A stretch of DNA of 64,000 bases from Deltaproteobacteria bacterium UBA6601 (GTDB taxonomy: Bacteria > Myxococcota_A > UBA796 > UBA9615), in contig DJIF01000015.1 of assembly GCA_002433485.1 (NCBI GenBank), positions 25,232 to 89,231 on the forward strand. The letters run 5' to 3'. Positions within the stretch are counted from its first letter, which is position 1, and every line of letters starts with the position of its first letter. Under the pieces are notes generated by a model. It did no database searches, was not told the origin of the DNA, and saw nothing but the letters and a program-made list of their open reading frames with translations. A program made the translations under genes and the position numbers. This document shows, in pieces, positions 58,872-64,000 of the stretch.

Positions 58872-59541
58872 CATGAATCGATTTCTGTCAGCCCTCGCCC
58901 TGCTCGTGCTGGTGCTCGCGCTCGCCGCGCCGGCCCTTGCCGGGCAGGTCAACCCCCGCAAGATCAAAAAGTGGCCCGAGCTCGACAAGGTCTGGGCCCG
59001 CAGCTTTGACGCCTGGGCCACGGACGAAGAGCTGGACGTATTTGTAAAACTCAAGAGCACCGATGAGCGCAAGGAATTCCTCAAGAAGATTGGCTTCTGG
59101 AAGAAGTGGAAGAAGATCGACGAAGAGATGATGCCCAACATCATGGCCGGTGAGGTCGTCCGGGGCATGAACAAAGATGAAGTCTTCATGTGCTGGGATA
59201 AGCCGGTGAAAATCCGGAAAGATTTTCGCCGCAACGCTTATGTCGATGTACTCAATTATCGCTTCGAGATCGACCGCAAGGGTCGTGAGTTTCTAAGCCC
59301 GAAAGACAGCAAGACGGCCTACAAGAACGAACTCATCACCCGCTTTGTCTACATGTACAACGGCAAGGTCTTCAGCATCGTCTATGAAGGCGAAGAGGAA
59401 GATGTCATGGACGAACTGCCGATCAAAGACGCGCAGGGGCCGGCAGCTCAGCCGGAAGCCTCCCCTGAAGAAGCGCAGGCCCCATCCGGCGAGGAGCCGG
59501 GCAAAGATCAAGCCGGCAGCGAGGACAAGTCTGGCAACTAG
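58872..59541 (+). CDS. secreted Lys-rich hypothetical protein (possible SmpA/OmlA-like fold), lower-GC gene
   Basis: Signal peptide MNRFLSALALLVLVLALAAPALA. ..GMNKDEVFMCWDKPVKIR.. is weakly BamE-like. Acidic C-terminal tail. Visibly more A/T than its neighbours. Confidence 0.5.
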
Positions 59542-59560
59542 TTGCGATGGCAGCGGTCGT

Positions 59561-59578
59561 GCAGCTGAGCTCAGCTGC
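59561..59578. terminator. 18-bp perfect palindrome GCAGCTGAGCTCAGCTGC between convergent genes (bidirectional terminator candidate)
   Basis: Lies between the stop of the Lys-rich gene (59541) and the stop of the minus-strand TSP3-vWA gene (59571, inside the palindrome). Confidence 0.4.
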
Positions 59579-61625
59579 GCACCACCAGCACCAGGTCCCA
59601 CTGTGCCAGCACGGTGGTGCCGTCACCGATGACCTGCATCGGGAACACGAAGACCTGATCACTTGCGCTATGCGGCACGCTGGTTAGCACGCTCAGTTCA
59701 AAGACGACCGAAGTCCCTACCGGGACCCCAACCACTACATTGGGGCTGATGCCGGTGACAAAACCGTAAGGAGCATCGTCAACGCTCAGGCTGAGATCGA
59801 ATTGAGCCGAATTGGCCAGTGACTCGACCCCATCAATGATGTTGTCGACAGTCGACGCTGAGGTCCCCTGAAAGACCAGCGGCTCCATGGTCCCGTTGCC
59901 ATCAATATCAGCCAGAGAGCCGGTCTGGGTCGCCAGCGAAATCATCTGCTGAATGGGACTGGTGGCGCTGCCCGAGGTTCCCTCCACGCCAATGCCGATC
60001 AGCTTGCCGCCAATAGCATTGACCGCAGCTTCAACATCACTGGCGCCAGCCGGAGCGCTACATAGCGGTGGCAGGAAGTAGGCCTGCGGAAGATCCGCAT
60101 CGCGCATGAAGGTATCGGTTGCATAGACCAGGACCGGCAGCGAGCCGTCCCGAAAGCCAGCACCACCAATGTGGCCGGTTCCTGGAACCGTAGAGTCGTA
60201 GCTGCCCGTCTCATTGCCCTGAAAGGCATCGACGCCGGGCCCTGCTGGAATGGTGTGAAAAGGATAGACGTCGGTTTCTTCGTCATAGGCGAAATTGCAG
60301 TCCAGATCGTAGCCCCGACCGCTGGCCGCCTGATACAAGCCCTCCATCCCCGACTCGGGCAGGTCACCTCCATCGCGAATGTGCAGGGAAGAGAGCGCGG
60401 CGCTGACCATCAGGTTGTTGCTGGTGACCTGCTGCCTGAGGCGAAATGGCTTGTCCTGGGGGTAGCTGACATTCAGTCCGTTGTTGACCTCCCAGTAGCC
60501 GAGCCCCGAGTACACATAGTCATCAAACTCAGCGACCCCAAAGGCCACATCCGGAATGCTGACGTCGGTCACCACATCCTGGAAGTTGCTTGCCACCGCA
60601 GAGAGTACCGGGCCCATGCTGCAGGTGGTATCCAGGAGAAAAAGGACATCGGCCTGCAGAATCTGTGGGGTAAATGGCACGATGACCTGGGTCGTCGAGC
60701 GGGGAGGCAGCTCCGCATAGAAGCCAAACTGCTCCTGCCAGACCGTGTGGTCATCGCTGCTGGTGGGATTGGAGCCAACCAACACCTCAGCCAGATCGGA
60801 GAAGCCGTCGCCATCGGTGTCTCGATCGGTTCGCGAGGTCGAAAAGCCCCCGTAGCCCGGCTCATCCCGATCTGAAATGCCGTCATTATCGGAGTCATTG
60901 TCAAGGAAGTTGGGCAGCCCATCCCCGTCGGAATCAAGCGGCTGTTCGGGATCGGGCCCAAGCTCATCCCGGTCCAACAGATTGTCGCCATCGGCGTCAT
61001 CATCGAGGTAGCTGGGCAGGCCGTCCTCATCGGGATCGTCGTAGCCTTCGAGGGCATCGCTCGCACCATCACCATCTGAATCCAGATCCAGCAAATCAGG
61101 CACACCGTCACCGTCACTGTCTCTGGGCTGAGCGGCAGAAGGACCAATCTCCTCAGTGTCAGGAATGCCATCGCCGTCGTTGTCGAGATCAGCGGCATCA
61201 TCAATCCCATCGCCGTCACTGTCGCGGCCGCCCTCGTCAACATCAGCGATCCCATTACCGTCGCTGTCAGAGTCGAGAAAATCCGGCACTCCATCCTCAT
61301 CGGAATCGACTGGCGGAGTGGACGGGTCGCCGTCACCAGCCTCCTCACGATCACTTAGGCCGTCACCATCACTGTCGTCATCAAGGGCATTAGGCAGGCC
61401 ATCGCCATCCACATCGGCCTGCCCCTCATCTTGATCGCTGATTCCATCTCCGTCGGAATCGGTCAGCTCAGCACCTGTGTCATCGTCATCTCCCACTACC
61501 GCGGCACTATCGTCATCATCGGAGCCCGGCAAGGGCTCAGGACCGCTGCTAAAAGCCCCGTAGCACCCGCCCAGCAGCAGCAACAAGCAACCGATCAGTG
61601 CAGCGGGAAGGCAGCGATGGAGCAC
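59571..61625 (-). CDS. lipoprotein with N-terminal thrombospondin-type-3 Asp-rich Ca-binding repeats and C-terminal vWA-like domain
   Basis: Lipobox LLLLGGCYG. At least 12 DxDxDGxxDxxD repeats (DSDGDGISDQDE, DVDGDGLPNALD, ...). Then VLFLLDTTCSMGPVL (MIDAS-like DxTxS) and a long beta-rich C-terminal region. Start at GTG 61625 (GAGGGG RBS) or TTG 61631. Confidence 0.6.
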   Translation of the reverse strand: MLHRCLPAALIGCLLLLLGGCYGAFSSGPEPLPGSDDDDSAAVVGDDDDTGAELTDSDGDGISDQDEGQADVDGDGLPNALDDDSDGDGLSDREEAGDGDPSTPPVDSDEDGVPDFLDSDSDGNGIADVDEGGRDSDGDGIDDAADLDNDGDGIPDTEEIGPSAAQPRDSDGDGVPDLLDLDSDGDGASDALEGYDDPDEDGLPSYLDDDADGDNLLDRDELGPDPEQPLDSDGDGLPNFLDNDSDNDGISDRDEPGYGGFSTSRTDRDTDGDGFSDLAEVLVGSNPTSSDDHTVWQEQFGFYAELPPRSTTQVIVPFTPQILQADVLFLLDTTCSMGPVLSAVASNFQDVVTDVSIPDVAFGVAEFDDYVYSGLGYWEVNNGLNVSYPQDKPFRLRQQVTSNNLMVSAALSSLHIRDGGDLPESGMEGLYQAASGRGYDLDCNFAYDEETDVYPFHTIPAGPGVDAFQGNETGSYDSTVPGTGHIGGAGFRDGSLPVLVYATDTFMRDADLPQAYFLPPLCSAPAGASDVEAAVNAIGGKLIGIGVEGTSGSATSPIQQMISLATQTGSLADIDGNGTMEPLVFQGTSASTVDNIIDGVESLANSAQFDLSLSVDDAPYGFVTGISPNVVVGVPVGTSVVFELSVLTSVPHSASDQVFVFPMQVIGDGTTVLAQWDLVLVVRS
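60840..61510 (-). repeat. coding array of thrombospondin type-3-like Asp-rich repeats
   Basis: Reiterated gacgg..gatgg..ga units giving D-x-D-x-D-G-x-x-D motifs. On the plus strand it generates spurious ORFs. Confidence 0.7.
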
Positions 61626-61637
61626 AGCCAACGCCCC

Positions 61638-63311
61638 TCAGTCCCGCATATCCAAGACCGAAGAAGAGGCGCCAGGGGCCGCTGCAAACGGCTCAAGGGC
61701 CTGGCGAAAAGTCTCCATCGACGGATATCTCTCCTCAGGGGTTTTGGCCAGAGCGCGCAACAACACACCGTCGAGGCCCGAAGGCAGCTTGCCGGATGGA
61801 TGCACCTCAGAGGGCGCATCAGGCGGGTCATCGATGGTCTTATACAAAAGCTCTTCCATCGTCTCAGCGGTAAAGACCGGGCGACCGGTCAGCAGGTGAT
61901 AGGCCGTGGCCGCGAGTGAATACTGGTCGGCTCGATCACTCGCTTGTTCACCAATCAACACTTCAGGCGCAACATAAAGCGGAGTCCCCATAATCGTTCC
62001 AACCGCGGTGAGGCGAGCATCCTGAGGCAAACCTCCAATGTCAGGCGCCTTACGCTTGCGGCGGTTACCGGTCACCTCGCTCTCAGCCTCCACCTTGGTG
62101 GCAATGCCGAAGTCCAGCATCTTGGTCACTTCACGCCCATCGGCTGTCATCGCCAGAAAGATGTTGGCTGGCTTCACATCGCGGTGAATCAACATCCGTG
62201 CATGAGCCTCTGCCAACGACTCTGCGCTGCTGACCAGCCAGCGACAGACAATATCGAAGGGCTGCGGCCCATCGCGATCAAGGCGGTCTTGCAGGGTTTC
62301 TCCATCGAGATGCTCCATCACGTAGAACATCTGACCCTGCTGGGTAATACCAAAATCAAACACCTGCACCGTATATGGGGAACGCAGCAGTGAGGTCTCC
62401 CGAGCCTCTCGCTCAAAACGGCGACGGAGCATCCCAGAGGTATCCTTCTCTGGATTGACCACCTTGATCACACAGGGCCGGCCCAGATCGCGGTGCCAGG
62501 CCAGATAGACCACTCCCATGGCCCCCCGGCCGAGTTCCTTCTTGATCTTGTAGCGACCAAGCGAGCGAGCGGAGATGAGGCGCTGATGCATAGCGTGGAT
62601 CATGTCTGAGCCAACCAATCCCACCCCCGCAATGCCCAACAGAGGCAGGGTGTTAGCTGCCAGATAGCCCATCGCCTCACTGTCCATCATCCACTCAATG
62701 AGATCTCCGTGATAGCTACCAAAAGCGAGAATGCACAGGGGGTAAGAGAGCACCAGAAAGCTAACCATCGGAAGGTGGGTCCGCGCCTCGCCGGGGACCA
62801 GGATGGTCCGCGCCACCACCAGGAGCACGGTTCCCCCGACATAGGGACTGCTGGCGCCGCCAGTGACCGCGGTCATGTAGCCCAAAGCAATGGCAGGAGG
62901 GGAGAAAATCAACCAGTCCATCACCACTACGGAGAGTCGGTCCGCTGAGCGCAAGAAGACCCACAGGGCAACGAACCAGAGCATCATGGCCAGACGCAGC
63001 ACCAGAAAGGCTGCAAGCATCGGCTTAGGCTCAGGCCACCAGGAACCCCACGACAAATAATCCACAACACCAAAGAGCGGCGATAAAAGGGCTCCAAACA
63101 TGGCGGCGGTAAGTAGCCGGGTTCGGAACAGGGCGGTTGTCTCCCGCTCAAAGCGGGCCTCTAGATTCTCCTGGATGGCAGGGCTGGCCCGCCCCTTCAA
63201 GGGCTGAGCAGACCGCTGAGACCGCTCTCTGGCTGCTTTTGCCACCGGCTTGCTATCCCCTGTTCTTGCCACACCCGGTCCAGCCAAAAACAAAACTGCC
63301 AAGCCTGACAT
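61638..63311 (-). CDS. Ser/Thr protein kinase with N-terminal polytopic (about 6-7 TM) membrane domain
   Basis: C-terminal Hanks kinase: LGRGAMGVVYLAWHR (G-loop), VIKVV (Lys), HRDVKPANIFL (catalytic loop), DFGIA, APE. N-terminal 250 aa strongly hydrophobic. Only 12 nt upstream of the TSP3-vWA gene. Confidence 0.8.
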   Translation of the reverse strand: MSGLAVLFLAGPGVARTGDSKPVAKAARERSQRSAQPLKGRASPAIQENLEARFERETTALFRTRLLTAAMFGALLSPLFGVVDYLSWGSWWPEPKPMLAAFLVLRLAMMLWFVALWVFLRSADRLSVVVMDWLIFSPPAIALGYMTAVTGGASSPYVGGTVLLVVARTILVPGEARTHLPMVSFLVLSYPLCILAFGSYHGDLIEWMMDSEAMGYLAANTLPLLGIAGVGLVGSDMIHAMHQRLISARSLGRYKIKKELGRGAMGVVYLAWHRDLGRPCVIKVVNPEKDTSGMLRRRFEREARETSLLRSPYTVQVFDFGITQQGQMFYVMEHLDGETLQDRLDRDGPQPFDIVCRWLVSSAESLAEAHARMLIHRDVKPANIFLAMTADGREVTKMLDFGIATKVEAESEVTGNRRKRKAPDIGGLPQDARLTAVGTIMGTPLYVAPEVLIGEQASDRADQYSLAATAYHLLTGRPVFTAETMEELLYKTIDDPPDAPSEVHPSGKLPSGLDGVLLRALAKTPEERYPSMETFRQALEPFAAAPGASSSVLDMRD

Positions 63312-63382
63312 GGCGCCATTTCAGACACCAAAAAGAGTCTACGGGGGCGCCGAGGCGGCGGTCAACGCAACAACGGTAGGGC

Positions 63383-64000
63383 TCAACTGCAGCTACGAAA
63401 CGCAGCACACCCCCGACGAGGCTCGATCTGCGCCTCCTGTGCGGCAACGAACAGTCCCACAGCTACGGGGACTGCGACGCCACCTGGTTCATCAACGACA
63501 ATCCCGGCTCTACGCAGATACAACTGGCTGGATGTACCTCCATCAAGGTTCAGGGCATCGCTACAGCCCTCGGCTGCGAAGAATCCAGCAAGATCATCAG
63601 AACGAATCGAACCTGGTGAAACCAGCACTTCGATACGCCCATCCGGTAACACACACAGTGCGGTTCGCCGTGCGCTCTGGGACTTGAGGCTGAGGACCTC
63701 GCCATCGACGACCAGTCTAGGGCCGACCTGAAAGGCAGCATCCACCTGACGGTCGGACTTCCAGTCGCGGGTATGGACAATAGAGGGTCCGGAGTCGGTC
63801 AGGGAAAACACCCCCCAGTCCACAGGCCGCAGGGCAACCCGTTCCACTCCATCGACCACGAGCAGCCCCATAGGAGACCCGTCAAGGTCAAAGAACGGAC
63901 CGTTGAAGACCGCGGTGGCCCCAGTGCGGTCAAGAAACTGACGAGCTGTAAGGGCACCGGCCCCCATGTCCTGCGCATACAGCATCCTCAGCTCGACCTT
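63383..64000 (-). CDS. phosphodiester glycosidase-family (DUF2233-like) protein, 5' end beyond window
   Basis: ..AVFNGPFFDLDGSPMGLLVVDG.. and ..SDALNLDGGTSSQLY.. are DUF2233 patterns. The frame stays open to the window edge. Confidence 0.45.
   Translation of the reverse strand, partial: KVELRMLYAQDMGAGALTARQFLDRTGATAVFNGPFFDLDGSPMGLLVVDGVERVALRPVDWGVFSLTDSGPSIVHTRDWKSDRQVDAAFQVGPRLVVDGEVLSLKSQSARRTALCVLPDGRIEVLVSPGSIRSDDLAGFFAAEGCSDALNLDGGTSSQLYLRRAGIVVDEPGGVAVPVAVGLFVAAQEAQIEPRRGCAAFRSCS

Noticed and set aside
60171-61434. Plus-strand ORFs within the TSP3-repeat gene, and the 261-aa ORF 60569-61354 in another minus frame
   Set aside because: They are generated by the reiterated Asp-codon repeats, and the true frame is the one giving the DxDxDG motifs.
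1-64000. CRISPR arrays, tRNA/rRNA genes, transposase/integrase genes, prophage content
   Set aside because: No spaced direct-repeat arrays, no tRNA-like T-arm/acceptor patterns in the short intergenic regions, and no recombinase motifs in any ORF. Intergenic spaces are mostly under 150 bp.

Overview
This is a high-GC bacterial chromosomal segment, roughly 65-68% GC by eye (not computed), read by hand with the supplied ORF track. It is densely packed with housekeeping, envelope and stress genes. I saw no transposases, integrases, CRISPR arrays, tRNA/rRNA genes or phage genes. Several features point to a Myxococcota-type genome, and this is inference, not a database result. These are: a class-II HMG-CoA reductase / IDI-2 mevalonate operon sitting near leucine-catabolic (methylcrotonyl-CoA carboxylase) genes; Cys/Asp-rich MopE-like 'putative metal-binding motif' repeat proteins; thrombospondin-type-3 Asp-repeat lipoproteins; two lgt paralogues plus lnt; a Ser/Thr kinase; and a Bat/MoxR-vWA operon. 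Main blocks, left to right: OMP-GT2-fadH; a divergent pair of secreted poly-acidic proteins; ybaN / ASPDH-like / phzF / lgt / radC; an acyl-CoA dehydrogenase with biotin carboxylase and carboxyltransferase (leucine/isovalerate-type carboxylase); a tight operon of mce-like, nagZ, cytoplasmic NlpC/P60, Mur ligase and sugar-1-P nucleotidyltransferase (looks like peptidoglycan recycling); fadD-like ligase, SDR epimerase and MATE exporter; the lower mevalonate pathway operon (fni-hmgR-pmk-mvaD-mvk) downstream of lnt; udk, hpf and lgt2; groESL (minus strand) divergent from dnaK; dnaJ, which is translationally coupled to a nine-gene MoxR/DUF58/BatA/BatB/BatD/TPR-SH3 operon; and finally a TSP3-vWA lipoprotein coupled to a polytopic-membrane Ser/Thr kinase. 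The observations I rate most worth follow-up are: the DnaJ-led MoxR-vWA (Bat-like) operon, with no grpE between dnaK and dnaJ; the compact putative peptidoglycan-recycling operon; the mevalonate operon with an unexplained open in-frame 5' extension on IDI-2; a 21-bp tandem-repeat, poly-Asp lipoprotein gene divergent from a MopE-like gene; and the kinase/vWA-TSP3 pair. Many six-frame ORFs on the opposite strand of well-supported genes are high-GC artefacts and were rejected.
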